A DNA stretch of 64,000 nt from Histomonas meleagridis 2922-C6/04-290x (taxonomy: Eukaryota; Protista; Parabasalia): NCBI GenBank assembly GCA_020184695.1, contig JAANOX010000241.1:124001-188000 (forward strand). Reading direction: 5' to 3'. The stretch's first letter is position 1, and each line of letters opens with the position of its first letter. A model generated the notes under the pieces. It saw nothing but the letters and a program-made list of their open reading frames with translations. It had not been told where the DNA came from and made no database searches. This document shows, piece by piece, positions 43,224 through 53,952 of the stretch. The translations under genes were made by a program, and so were the position numbers.

Positions 43224-43303
43224 TCTAAATAATTTAACAAAATTCCAAATATTATTTTAAAATATCAAAACATTAAAACATATTTTAATAGAAACAAACA
43301 AAT
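43224..43303 (-). other. Spacer array; slots AAA GAT GGA AGA = K D G R
   Basis: 80 nt; gives NAKN-KDGR-TSLMIAS, the textbook ankyrin hairpin. Confidence 0.92.
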
Positions 43304-45137
43304 ATTTTTAGCATTAATATCAATCCCTTCTTGTTTCATAATATATTGAATAAGTTCAATATTTCCTGATTCTAATGCGAAAACTAAAATGTTTTTTGGA
43401 ATTTGATTATGATCAAGAAAATATTCGACAAGATATAAATTACCTGTTTTCGCTGATACATTAATTATATATTCATCGAATTTGATTTCTTCTTCTAAAA
43501 ATGAAAGAATTTCATAATTACCAATGTTAATACATTGATAAATTTGTTCTTGGAATTTAATATCAGTTAATGTTTGTGTGTTACTTATATAATATCCAAA
43601 GTTTTTAAATGGAATTTTGTTTGTAATTACATATGTTAATAAATGTTGTTGATTGTTTTGATCTAGTTTTTCGATTTTGTTTTCATAAATATATTTAAAG
43701 ATATCATTTCGATGAAATTTAATTGCGATTTCATAAACATCGTCAAATGTCGAATGATTTTGTTCACATAAATAAATAATTTCAAGATTTCCACCTGCAA
43801 TTGCATATTTACCTATGTTTTCGACTTTTGCATTATTCATTAGTAAATATTTAAAACATTGAATTGCTCCAAAAAATGCTGCAAAATCAATTAATGTAAC
43901 ATTTTCTTTGTTAATAAAAGAATATCGTTCACAAAGCGATGGTCTAACGATTTGATTAAAATCAAAATCTTCTTGTTAGAATAAATGAAAATCGTTCATA
44001 AAGTGATGGTTCAATTGTTTGGTTAAAATTGAAATTTGTTTGTGATGATATTTCTTGAAGTTTCTCTATATCATCATTTCGAATGATTTTTGATATTTCA
44101 TTCGGATTAACTCCTTCTTTAACCAATTGCTTATGAAGTTCCCAATCATTTTTTGATAATTTTTTATAATTATTTTTAAATTCTTTATATAATGACTCTT
44201 TAGAATCTTTTTTCTTGTTTTCTTCTTCAGTTTTATAATGTGAAAAATAATTAGTATTAAAGTTTTTGGTAATATTTATATTAATTAATTCTTTTTCAAT
44301 CATTTTTTCAATGATATAATATGTCTCTTGTGTATTAAATTCTGATATATAATTAGTAAAAATTTCAATAATTTTTGGATTGTTGTGAAGAATTGCTTCT
44401 TCTTTAGACTGAATTTCTTGCAAAAAATTGAAATATATTTGGATCGATTCTCTTTGAGATGAAAATGCTGAATAAACTAAAACAATTATACAATAATTAA
44501 ATGTAAAAGGAAAATCTCTATCAAATAAATTCATTGTTATTGCAACAGAAATTTTAAAGTTTTTGTAATATTGTATATAACCTGTTCTAAAAAAATCAAC
44601 TTTTGCATATATACAGATTGGCTTTTGATTGATGCATTATTTGCTTCATTTACTGATTCAAGTATTTGTGTGCTTTTCAGTCATTAAAATTGAACTTTTT
44701 TAATTTCAAAAAACGATACGTATCGTCCTAGTATTTCCATTTAACGAAATGATTAATGTATTACTTAAAGAAATGTACAATTAATAAGGAAGTAGTGCAT
44801 ATGTTTTCGTGTTTTTAAATTTTTTTGACATTAATTTTTAATTGAAAAAAAATGTTAAAAAAATGTAATAATGAATTGTCATCAATTTTTGATCATGTGA
44901 TATGTTTAATTCATTGTTAAAAAAATATTGCTGTGGATTTAATGATAATTTTGGGTTTTGCGTCAAAGGCATTTTTTGTGTGTATTTAACCGCCGAAATC
45001 CACAGTTTTGCCAAACAAAGTTTATCAAAAACCACTCATGAACCACTTTTTCAGCAGAGGGCTTAACCGTTGTTTTGGGGGTTTTCACCGAAAAATTCTC
45101 AAAAATTTCAATAAAACGGCAAACACTATTTTGGAAA

Positions 45138-45683
45138 ATGTTTGATCAGAGAAGCTTCCAGGTTAAGATGCAGGGCAAATCCCTCGAAAGAGAGGCTAAG
45201 AGGCTCCAGAAAGAAGCGTTAAAAGAAAGGAAGAAGGCAAAGGCCGAACTTAAAAAAGGAAATAGAGCTACAGCAAATCTTTACGCTCAAAACGCAGTCC
45301 GATTTGAACAACAAGCTACACAACTTCTTCAAAGCTGTGCAACAACTCAAGGTTTCGCCACTGATATGCGTCAAGCTCAAGTTTCTGCAGACATGGCAAG
45401 AACAATGAACAGAGCTACAGCAGGAATGGAAAAATGCAGCAAATCTGTTAACCTAGAAAAAATTTCTGCAAACCGTAACAAGATGGACGGATTAAAGGCA
45501 AGAATGGGAGCTGCAAACGATTTAATGAATAACACTGAGGGTGAAATGGAATTAAACGCTGGAGCTGAGGATCTTCTTGCTGCTCTTGAAGCAGAAAATA
45601 ATGAAGATGCCATGTTACAAATGGCTGATATCCCAACAGGAATTCCTTCAATGGGAGAACAACAAGCTTCAACCATACATTAA
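45138..45683 (+). CDS. CHMP1: ESCRT-III subunit CHMP1/Did2 (Snf7 family)
   Basis: FQVKMQGKSLEREAK...KGN...LYAQNAVR matches Did2/CHMP1; ATG at 45138. Confidence 0.8.
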   Translation: MFDQRSFQVKMQGKSLEREAKRLQKEALKERKKAKAELKKGNRATANLYAQNAVRFEQQATQLLQSCATTQGFATDMRQAQVSADMARTMNRATAGMEKCSKSVNLEKISANRNKMDGLKARMGAANDLMNNTEGEMELNAGAEDLLAALEAENNEDAMLQMADIPTGIPSMGEQQASTIH

Positions 45684-46145
45684 GGTATTAATTAAAAAAT
45701 CAGCATGATTTTTTATTTTTTAACTAAACATTCCCACAATGTAATTAAACGTTTTCAATTCAAAAAAAATTGTCTTCAGGGCACCCCAAATAAATTATTT
45801 TGAATTGATATTGAATATTAACGGTTTTGTCTTTTATGATAATTTTTGTCCAATTAAATCATTAACTAGACCATTAAGCACTGGATTTACAATATATATA
45901 TATATATATATTTTTGAAGAAAAAGTTAAAATGTTTTATAACTCAATTTTTTGGTTATGCAAAAATCTTTCTGGATGATCTTCCTGTAAATAATTGCTCA
46001 GAATATTCTTAAACATGTTTAGCATGAACAAGTTATTAATCATTTGATACTTTGAGTATAATTTCTTGTTAATTACATTAATTTCATTTATTATAAAACA
46101 TATCTAAAGTGTAAAAAAACGAGAAAATCACTACATATTTACTTT

Positions 46146-47237
46146 TTAGTTATTGCCATACTCGACGAATTGTAAACCATCATCATATTCATAAGCAGGA
46201 CAATGGAAACAAGGTGTTGATGAAATATATTTCACTGATTTCACCTTAACCCTTTTAACACCTGCACAATAAATTGATTCGTACACAGTACTAAGTCCAA
46301 GAAAACTTAGGAAGAACCATAAAAATTTTCCAAAGCAACTGCTCGTAAACTTGTGAAAACGTGGCACTTTTCCTTTACCGGTCGCCATTAAAAACGGTTT
46401 CATTCCATCAACGAATTGCTCTGTTTCAATTGATATGTTTTCGGGTTCAGCACCGTTCTCTATTTCTCTGGTAGTCATATCTTTCTTCATTTCATGGATA
46501 TAGTCTTTTAGTTCTTTTGTATATTTGAATTTAAGTTTTGTCTTGACTAACATGTACTTATTATGAGAAACATGTAAAATTGGACTACGTTCTTCCCATG
46601 AAACATATGGAGCTGCTTGTTGAAATGGAATTGTAAATGATGTTACACTTTTACCTCTACGAAAAGAATAATGAATACCTCCTTTCAGATGAATAACTGG
46701 TGGGCCACGAAGTATAGTATTTACATAATTTTCAAACTCATCTTTTTCTAAACATTTTTCAATCATCATTTGATGAATAAATTTAGGATCATTTTTCGGT
46801 TTGCAACCCTGGCAACCACAAATACTGGATATGCAGCAGACAGCAAGTGTAAAGAATAATGGAAAAATGATAATTGGAATAAATTCGGTTGAATCAGTAC
46901 TTGCAATACAATAAATGCCCATTATCGCTATAGACCAATAAGTTCCGATCAGGAGATTAAGAAATATTGCTAGAAATGGAGGTCTGAATTTGCGACAACA
47001 AATGCAAGAACATATGAAGGATATTATTACTGGAAGAACAAAGCATGCCCATATAATGAAAAAGTATGAACGAAAGTCGTAACAAAAACGAATTGTTGTG
47101 AGAGAAAGGCAAACATATTCGTCCTTACTTTCAAGAAGGCAATAATCATAGCAACTTTTCTTTGAGCCTGGGCAAGTGCCATCTGCACGAAAATAATTTG
47201 CTGTCGAACAGCTTGAAAAGAAAATTGTGAAAAGCAT
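46146..47237 (-). CDS. Multi-pass membrane protein, TMEM151-like C-terminus
   Basis: Signal-like N-terminus, Cys-rich ectodomain and 3 TMs, then PPVIHL...YVSW...LWFFLSFLGL...KSVKYIS, which resembles TMEM151 (recalled similarity). Confidence 0.5.
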   Translation of the reverse strand: MLFTIFFSSCSTANYFRADGTCPGSKKSCYDYCLLESKDEYVCLSLTTIRFCYDFRSYFFIIWACFVLPVIISFICSCICCRKFRPPFLAIFLNLLIGTYWSIAIMGIYCIASTDSTEFIPIIIFPLFFTLAVCCISSICGCQGCKPKNDPKFIHQMMIEKCLEKDEFENYVNTILRGPPVIHLKGGIHYSFRRGKSVTSFTIPFQQAAPYVSWEERSPILHVSHNKYMLVKTKLKFKYTKELKDYIHEMKKDMTTREIENGAEPENISIETEQFVDGMKPFLMATGKGKVPRFHKFTSSCFGKFLWFFLSFLGLSTVYESIYCAGVKRVKVKSVKYISSTPCFHCPAYEYDDGLQFVEYGNN

Positions 47238-47946
47238 TATGAAGTTACGTTTTTTTGTTTTCAAATTCAAGAATCGTTAAACGACTTTTTCTGTATTTTA
47301 CTTGACAAATAAAAACCGTTCATTCAGAAATAACGAACGAACTTTAAACTTTTTGAGATCATGGTTTGGAAAAAACCGGCTATCGTTGCGCCAAATACAC
47401 AGTCAAAAAAATTTGTTGTTCATGAACTAATAAGATAACATTTTTGATCACTTTTTAGTTACTACTGATACTACCTCAAAATTTAATAAAAGTAACATTG
47501 CATCATTAATAAGAAAAAAATGATTTTTTCCAAATGACTTTTATAACCTCGAATTTTCGAAATACATTTATAGCTATTCACCTAGACAAAATGTGTAATC
47601 AAGAATTCTTGTTGTTTATTGTAAAACATAAAAAATGCAAAGATATAAAAAGGATAATGAGTTATATACGCAGTAGTTTTTGAAAAAGTGAAATAATAAA
47701 ATTTGGTAAGAGAATTGAAACATATTGTAATCAGGTAATTGATTAATTTACTTTTCGAAAAAAAAATCACTATTTAGAATTCGAATTCTTCTCTTATGTT
47801 TTTGTACTGTAGGTCAATATAATACAATTTTATCCATACATTATGCTATTTTTGTTCAATTCTAACAATTAACACACATTCATCACCCAGAAGTTCAAAC
47901 CGATTATTTTGACAAAGTCTGTTTGTATTTTAAAAAGTGACTTCAA

Positions 47947-48402
47947 ATGGCTGCACAGCAACTTCCGCTTTCTTCGCTTTCAGTCGATCAACTTATGATG
48001 TTAAAAACGCAATTAGAAGGAGATCTTGATAAACTCACAGCACAAATAAAAATGACCAATGAATCAGTTAGAAATTCCCAAAATGCAAAAGAAGCTCTTG
48101 CAACATACAGTGCTTCACAACCTGGGAAAGAAATGTTAGTTCCCATGACAGAATCTATGTATGTTCATGGCACAATTCTTGAAACTAAACGCCCAATAAT
48201 TGAAATTGGTGCAGGATACTTTGCTGAAACGTCAGTTGACAATGCTACTCAATTCTTTAGCAGAAGGATTAGCAGATTAAATAGTCAACAAGAGAAATTA
48301 GCAACTCAATTCAAAGAAAAACAGCAACAATATCAAGTTACTGTGCAAATCATCAATCAAAAGCTTAGCAGCTATAGGTCGGCTCCAAAGACCCCACAAT
48401 AA
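47947..48402 (+). CDS. PFDN5: Prefoldin subunit 5 (alpha type)
   Basis: LSVDQL, EMLVPMTESMYVHG and IIEIGAGYFAE motifs. Confidence 0.88.
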   Translation: MAAQQLPLSSLSVDQLMMLKTQLEGDLDKLTAQIKMTNESVRNSQNAKEALATYSASQPGKEMLVPMTESMYVHGTILETKRPIIEIGAGYFAETSVDNATQFFSRRISRLNSQQEKLATQFKEKQQQYQVTVQIINQKLSSYRSAPKTPQ

Positions 48403-48716
48403 AATCGATTTTCATATTTTGTTTTTAATCAATATAAATTAAAATCCTTATTCGTGACCAATTCTTCAAGGTGTATGTGTAAAGTTTAGCTTTTAAATTT
48501 TATGTATATTTCCCTTGAAAAAATGATATTTGCAAATCATTTTCTTTTAAATAAATTTAAAACCAGCTATTAGAGGAAAAAAATTTAATTCAGAAGTTAA
48601 TTTATAAATCTTAAGGTTAATTAAGGAGTTTCTTAAATTATTTTTTGAATTCGAATGATAAATTTATCCGATTATAAAAGACCGTTTAAAAATTTGATTT
48701 GAATTTTTTGATTTAT

Positions 48717-49436
48717 TTATGCTCCATATTTCCATGATGAGCCGGTGTAGTAACTGTATTCACGGAAGAGTTGGCAAATTGGAAGAATTCCCATACAGTT
48801 ATTATTTTCGAAATCTTTTTCATCGAAAGCTTGAACCTTATCGATTCGAGTTAAATTTTTAGAAGCCGAAAAGAATAAGAATGGATGCTCAAGTGAGAGC
48901 TTGTCTACAACATCTGGACCAATAACTTTCCAAGATGGATCAACAACTGGTGGAGGAACAGTGAAATTAGGTAATGTAGCGTCTTTAGCGTAACCACAAA
49001 TCACACAGACACCAACGTTGTCTGCATCAATTTTTGGAAGAAGCTTAGAAACAATGTGATCAAGTTCATTCAATGTAGAAATTTCAACGACAATAACAGA
49101 ATATTCTTTCAACTTGTCATCAATCTTTTGGAAAATCTGGTCCTCTGACAGATCATTAATTTCTTCGACGTTTCCTAAGGATGAATTGTATGTAGACTTT
49201 TTCTTTAATATAGATATCTTCATTGGTCCATAATCTTTTAATATGAAATCCACAGTATGATAGTTAACGCCTGTAAGTTGTGTAATCGTGTCATTGCAAT
49301 CTGAGAATGTTGATAAATAGCCACTTTGACTGCGTTTAGCAAGAATGTCTAAGCTCTGATATTGTCCTGCCTTGGCAACAGGATTCCCAAGAACACCATC
49401 AGCAACAAGGATTACTGCTTTTTCGACGATACCCAT
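48717..49436 (-). CDS. Shortened alkaline-phosphatase-superfamily/ApgM-like protein
   Basis: ILVADG, DTITQLTG, LTRIDKVQAFDE and C-terminal KYGA resemble archaeal-type cofactor-independent phosphoglycerate mutase; the central metal-binding region appears to be missing. Confidence 0.45.
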   Translation of the reverse strand: MGIVEKAVILVADGVLGNPVAKAGQYQSLDILAKRSQSGYLSTFSDCNDTITQLTGVNYHTVDFILKDYGPMKISILKKKSTYNSSLGNVEEINDLSEDQIFQKIDDKLKEYSVIVVEISTLNELDHIVSKLLPKIDADNVGVCVICGYAKDATLPNFTVPPPVVDPSWKVIGPDVVDKLSLEHPFLFFSASKNLTRIDKVQAFDEKDFENNNCMGILPICQLFREYSYYTGSSWKYGA

Positions 49437-49989
49437 TAGAATTAGGAAATGCTATGTGAAAAAATTGTTTGAACAAAGCTTGTCAATTTATGTATCGCTC
49501 AATAAAATTTTCTGCAAATATGAAGTCTCTTGAGTCTTTGTCTCTTGTTAATTTTTTTATTAATTTTTTTTTTAAAATCATTTCTAACAAATTTTGAAAA
49601 TAAAAATTGGATTTGGATTACTTAAAACAGTTGATAATTAATGATTGCTAAACAAAAGTATATTGTTATTCCAAACCATATTTAAAGTTTTTATATAAGT
49701 CACTATAAGATTTTATTCATTTTCCATCTGATTAATATAGGTGAAATTTTTTTTCATTTAATTGATTTTCATAGTATTACTTAAATTCTTCAACTACTTC
49801 AATATTGCAGTAATGTGACATTATTGGCTTTGCTGCTTTCTAATAAACATTAATGTTTCTTGACTTTTCTCTGTTTGGTTCGAAAAAAATGAATAAACCG
49901 TTGAAACTTGAACTTTTTTGAAGGGATTTGGTGGTTTAACCGTTTTCTTATAATTTTGGCGGCATTTCTAAAGGAAATTTTTTTACAGA

Positions 49990-52900
49990 ATGACTCAAAT
50001 TCAGCAAGATACATTTCCAAAGGAAGCAATAGGAAGTAATCCAGCGCTTAATGGTGATAATCCGCTTTATCTTCATTCTGTAAAATTATCTAATTTATTA
50101 AATTCCCTAAAATTAACACTAAATTTTAATGGAAAACTCGAATATAATGAAGTAAAAAACATTAGTTCATTAGTATCAAAAATTATTTCTGATCTAACTT
50201 CATCAGATTTCGGACCTTCAACAAATATTGGAAATGGACCAACAACTCTTGAGGCTTACAAGATATTAGTTTTTTCGCTGATCATTTTACAAAATAATTC
50301 TACAAACCAAAAATTATCAAAAATGCAGCAAAAATATGATGATCTTTTAGAAAGTTCGTCAGATATAACAGCAATTAAATTAGCTTTAGAAACCAGTCAA
50401 GCGTCATGTACTAATCTTCAAAAAGAAAATTCACAATTACAAGTTAATTTTGAAAAATATAAGAAAAAGTATGAAAAAAGCAAAAGAGCAAATGCGCTGC
50501 TCATTAAGTATCTGATTCAGAAGTTTAATTTACCTCCTGATACCAATCATTCAAACATAATTGAAAATATGAAAAAAGATTTGGATGAACATCCATTAAA
50601 ATCTGATCAAAAATCTAAAAATCAATCATTTGAACCTGAAATGCTTCGACACGAAAATGAATTCTTAAAACTTGAGCTTAGCAATAACCAACAATTAATA
50701 AAAGATATGAATGAAAAGATACTCACTCTTCAAAAGGCACTTGATTCATATGAGAATATCGAAAATTCATCATCTTCAAATACTTTTATATTAGAAAATG
50801 ATATTAAATCTTTTAAGGAACAATATAAAAAACTTGAATCGCAAAATAAAAATAATAAAAAGAAATTAGAAATGATTAAAAATGAAAATTCTTTAAAGAC
50901 TGAACAACTAATAAAGAAAAAAGAAGAATTAGAATCAATTAAACTTGAAAATGAAAAATTAACATTAGAAAATGAAGATCTTAAAACGCAAATCCGACAA
51001 AATCTTCTTTCTTCATCCCAAAACTTAACAAAAATACAAGAACAACAAATTCAATATTTACAAACTGCGTTACAAGAACTTTCAAATGAAATGGAAAGTG
51101 TTAATGATAATCTTATGAAAGAAACAGAAATTAGAAATAAACTTTTCGAAATTGTTCAAAAACAAACAAACGCACTTTCATTTGCAGAGATAACTAATAC
51201 GAAACTTTCTAATCAATTACATAAAACTAAAGAAGATTCAACAATATTAAATAACAAATTAGAACAATTCAAAAATGATCAAAAAGAAATTATTAACTTA
51301 CTTAATTCATATTTTGAAGAAAATGAACAAGAAATTCATAAAATGTTAAATGATACATCAATTCCAATACCGAAAAAGATCAATAATATAATTGATCTCA
51401 TTAAAAAGAATATGAATGAAAGTAAAAAAGAATATTCAAATGAAAAAAATCATAATATAAAAGATGATAAATATAAAGAAGAAAATCATAGATTATTAAA
51501 TTATATTTCGAATCTTCTTGGTTTTATGGAACAGATTTCTAATAGTGGAGAAATACAAGGATGGTTAATAGATACAAATAATAATCCTTTATTTAGAGAA
51601 CATTTAATATCTCAATGTAAAAGAGTGGAATCATTTCTAAGAATAAATGATTTGAATTATGAAAATGAAACTAATGATTTCTTTGATTTGCCAAATTATT
51701 CTTTAAATGTTGCTTCTCAAATTGAGAATCCAAGTGTTGAAGAATTAATGATTTTATTAAAGCAATCCGCATATGCAAATGATGTTTTAAGAAAGTTTAA
51801 TGAAGAAATTAAATTACAATGTAAACATTTATTATTTGATATGAAATCAATGCAAAATGAATTAGAAGAAGCAAATAATACATTGCAAGATAAAGTAGAA
51901 GAAACTACATCAGATTTACATACAAAACTTGAAGAAGAAAAAGATAAAAACAAAGTTCTGAATAAAATTAAAAATATTTTACGTAACGCAAAAAATCCAA
52001 ATGACAATTCAATTTTCGTTAAATGTATTGATCTTATTAATCAAAAGAATAATGATAAAGAAGATGAAAATGATCTTAACATTGAAAAATATATTCGTCA
52101 ACTTGAACATAGATTAAATAAAGCAAATAAGTTAATAACACATAATAAAAATGAATATGAAGGAGTTATTAAGAATTTAAATCTCCAAATGAAATCTAAT
52201 GCGAAATCTTGGATACAACAAAGTAAACAATATGAAGAAGAAATAAATGGATACAAATTAAAGAACGAAGAAGTTTCCAAACATTTAAAGGAAATCGAAG
52301 TAAATGTTATTGAACTTCAAAATTCACTTGAGCAAACTCAAAAAGAAAACAAAGAAATAAAACAAAAATTAGAAACACAAAACAAAGAAATTGAATCATT
52401 TCATAAACTTCGTATGGAAGAACTTGAAGCTCAACAAAATGAATTTGAAGAAAAAATTAAAGAACTTCAAAACCAAAAAGAATCCGAAATAAATAATCTA
52501 AATAAATGCATTCAAAGCACAGAAAATAAGTCAAAACAAGAACAAAAATATCTTCAACATCTATTTCGTATTGAAATAAAGAAACTTCAAAATGAATGTA
52601 ATCTTCAAACGCAAAAAGCAGAAGCGCTTCGTTCACATTTCGAGCCAATAATTTCTAACTTAAAGAATAAATTAGCTAAATCAAGAGAATCGGAATTAAA
52701 TATGCAAAAGCAATATACACAAATGGAATCAGAATTAAAGGAAACAAAAGCTTCACTTTCAAAGCAAAGCATTGATAATAAAATAAAAACTATGAAATTA
52801 AAAGCAACAGAAGAAAAAATTCATCGTGAAAAGTCTTCTTATGAAGCACAAATGAGAGTGAAATTAATGGAACTTGATACTGATTATAAAACTAAAATGG

Positions 52901-53658
52901 AAGAGTTTAAATATCAAAGTTCTCAAGAAATGTATAAATTCCTTCTCATTATATGTGAACAATTTAAAGATTTCTTCGATGAACATGAACCAATATCAAA
53001 GTCTTCGATTTTATCACTTCTTCAAAAGGTTTCAAAAGAAATTTCAAATAGTAAATCATTAGTTAATGCAAATGATGAATTAAATTCATTAAGAACAATG
53101 CTTTTATTGCAGCCAAATGAATCAATTGTTTATAAAGTTAAACAATTAAAAGAAAAAGTCGACGATTTCGAGAAAAATGAAAAGTTAATACAAGAAGAAA
53201 GAATAGAAGCGGATAATATGATAAAGAAAGCAATGTTATTAAATGATAAAGAAAACGCTTCAAAAGAATGGGAGCAATGGGCTAAAAGATTACATTTGTT
53301 TATAACAGATCAGTTTTCAATAGCGAAAACACCAAAAGAACTTCAGAATGAACTTGAAGAAGCATTACTGAGTACAATAGGTCAAAGGAAAAATTGGAGA
53401 AAAATAGAAATATTAAGAACAGAGAAAAATATTTTCCAATCAGGATTGCTAAATAATAGAGCACCAAGAAAGAAAATATCAATTCTAACTTTAGTAACAG
53501 TGTTTAACTGCGTTTACAGAGTGAAAAAGTTGTCGGGTCATTTAAATTATAATGGGTATTTGGCAAATAAAGGTGATGTAATGTATATTAAGGGAAAGCC
53601 AACCAAAGAGAAAAAGGAAAAATCGCCAAAAAAATATCCAATTGTTAATCTTGAATAA
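49990..53658 (+). CDS. Large coiled-coil protein, 1222 aa
   Basis: Uninterrupted ORF with E/K/Q/L heptad-rich composition; no recognisable catalytic motif. Confidence 0.8.
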   Translation: MTQIQQDTFPKEAIGSNPALNGDNPLYLHSVKLSNLLNSLKLTLNFNGKLEYNEVKNISSLVSKIISDLTSSDFGPSTNIGNGPTTLEAYKILVFSLIILQNNSTNQKLSKMQQKYDDLLESSSDITAIKLALETSQASCTNLQKENSQLQVNFEKYKKKYEKSKRANALLIKYLIQKFNLPPDTNHSNIIENMKKDLDEHPLKSDQKSKNQSFEPEMLRHENEFLKLELSNNQQLIKDMNEKILTLQKALDSYENIENSSSSNTFILENDIKSFKEQYKKLESQNKNNKKKLEMIKNENSLKTEQLIKKKEELESIKLENEKLTLENEDLKTQIRQNLLSSSQNLTKIQEQQIQYLQTALQELSNEMESVNDNLMKETEIRNKLFEIVQKQTNALSFAEITNTKLSNQLHKTKEDSTILNNKLEQFKNDQKEIINLLNSYFEENEQEIHKMLNDTSIPIPKKINNIIDLIKKNMNESKKEYSNEKNHNIKDDKYKEENHRLLNYISNLLGFMEQISNSGEIQGWLIDTNNNPLFREHLISQCKRVESFLRINDLNYENETNDFFDLPNYSLNVASQIENPSVEELMILLKQSAYANDVLRKFNEEIKLQCKHLLFDMKSMQNELEEANNTLQDKVEETTSDLHTKLEEEKDKNKVLNKIKNILRNAKNPNDNSIFVKCIDLINQKNNDKEDENDLNIEKYIRQLEHRLNKANKLITHNKNEYEGVIKNLNLQMKSNAKSWIQQSKQYEEEINGYKLKNEEVSKHLKEIEVNVIELQNSLEQTQKENKEIKQKLETQNKEIESFHKLRMEELEAQQNEFEEKIKELQNQKESEINNLNKCIQSTENKSKQEQKYLQHLFRIEIKKLQNECNLQTQKAEALRSHFEPIISNLKNKLAKSRESELNMQKQYTQMESELKETKASLSKQSIDNKIKTMKLKATEEKIHREKSSYEAQMRVKLMELDTDYKTKMEEFKYQSSQEMYKFLLIICEQFKDFFDEHEPISKSSILSLLQKVSKEISNSKSLVNANDELNSLRTMLLLQPNESIVYKVKQLKEKVDDFEKNEKLIQEERIEADNMIKKAMLLNDKENASKEWEQWAKRLHLFITDQFSIAKTPKELQNELEEALLSTIGQRKNWRKIEILRTEKNIFQSGLLNNRAPRKKISILTLVTVFNCVYRVKKLSGHLNYNGYLANKGDVMYIKGKPTKEKKEKSPKKYPIVNLE

Positions 53659-53952
53659 AAATAAAAAATCTTTCTATCTAAAAACCAAAATGAAAAAATG
53701 GGACACCCTATATAACCCCAAATTTAACCTTGCTTGAAAAAGTTGATAAATAAATTGACTTATTTACCCTGAATGTGCTATATGAATATTTTGACATATA
53801 AATCAAACAATTTATTTTAAAATAAATACAACAACGTTTGCAACAAAACACGGTAGCAATAAAAGTGATATGATAATTTGTAAAGCATTGTATTGCATTT
53901 AATAAAGTATAGAAATAAAAATTGAATTAATACAATTTTCTGAAGGTTCAAA

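Larger units (their letters stand above)
42308..44534 (-). pseudogene. DUF3447-type domain plus 6 ankyrin repeats with spacer arrays; carries lesions
   Basis: Same architecture as the 24516 gene. Frameshift at about 43970, in-frame TAA at 43176-43178, probable further frameshift at about 44560. Ends at TAA 42308-42310 after spacer removal. Confidence 0.7.

Noticed and set aside
42374-43303. CRISPR-like repeat-spacer array (170-nt period)
   Set aside because: The constant parts are ankyrin coding sequence in a eukaryotic context, and there are no cas genes. The 19-nt repeats at 11286-11425 also lack spacers.
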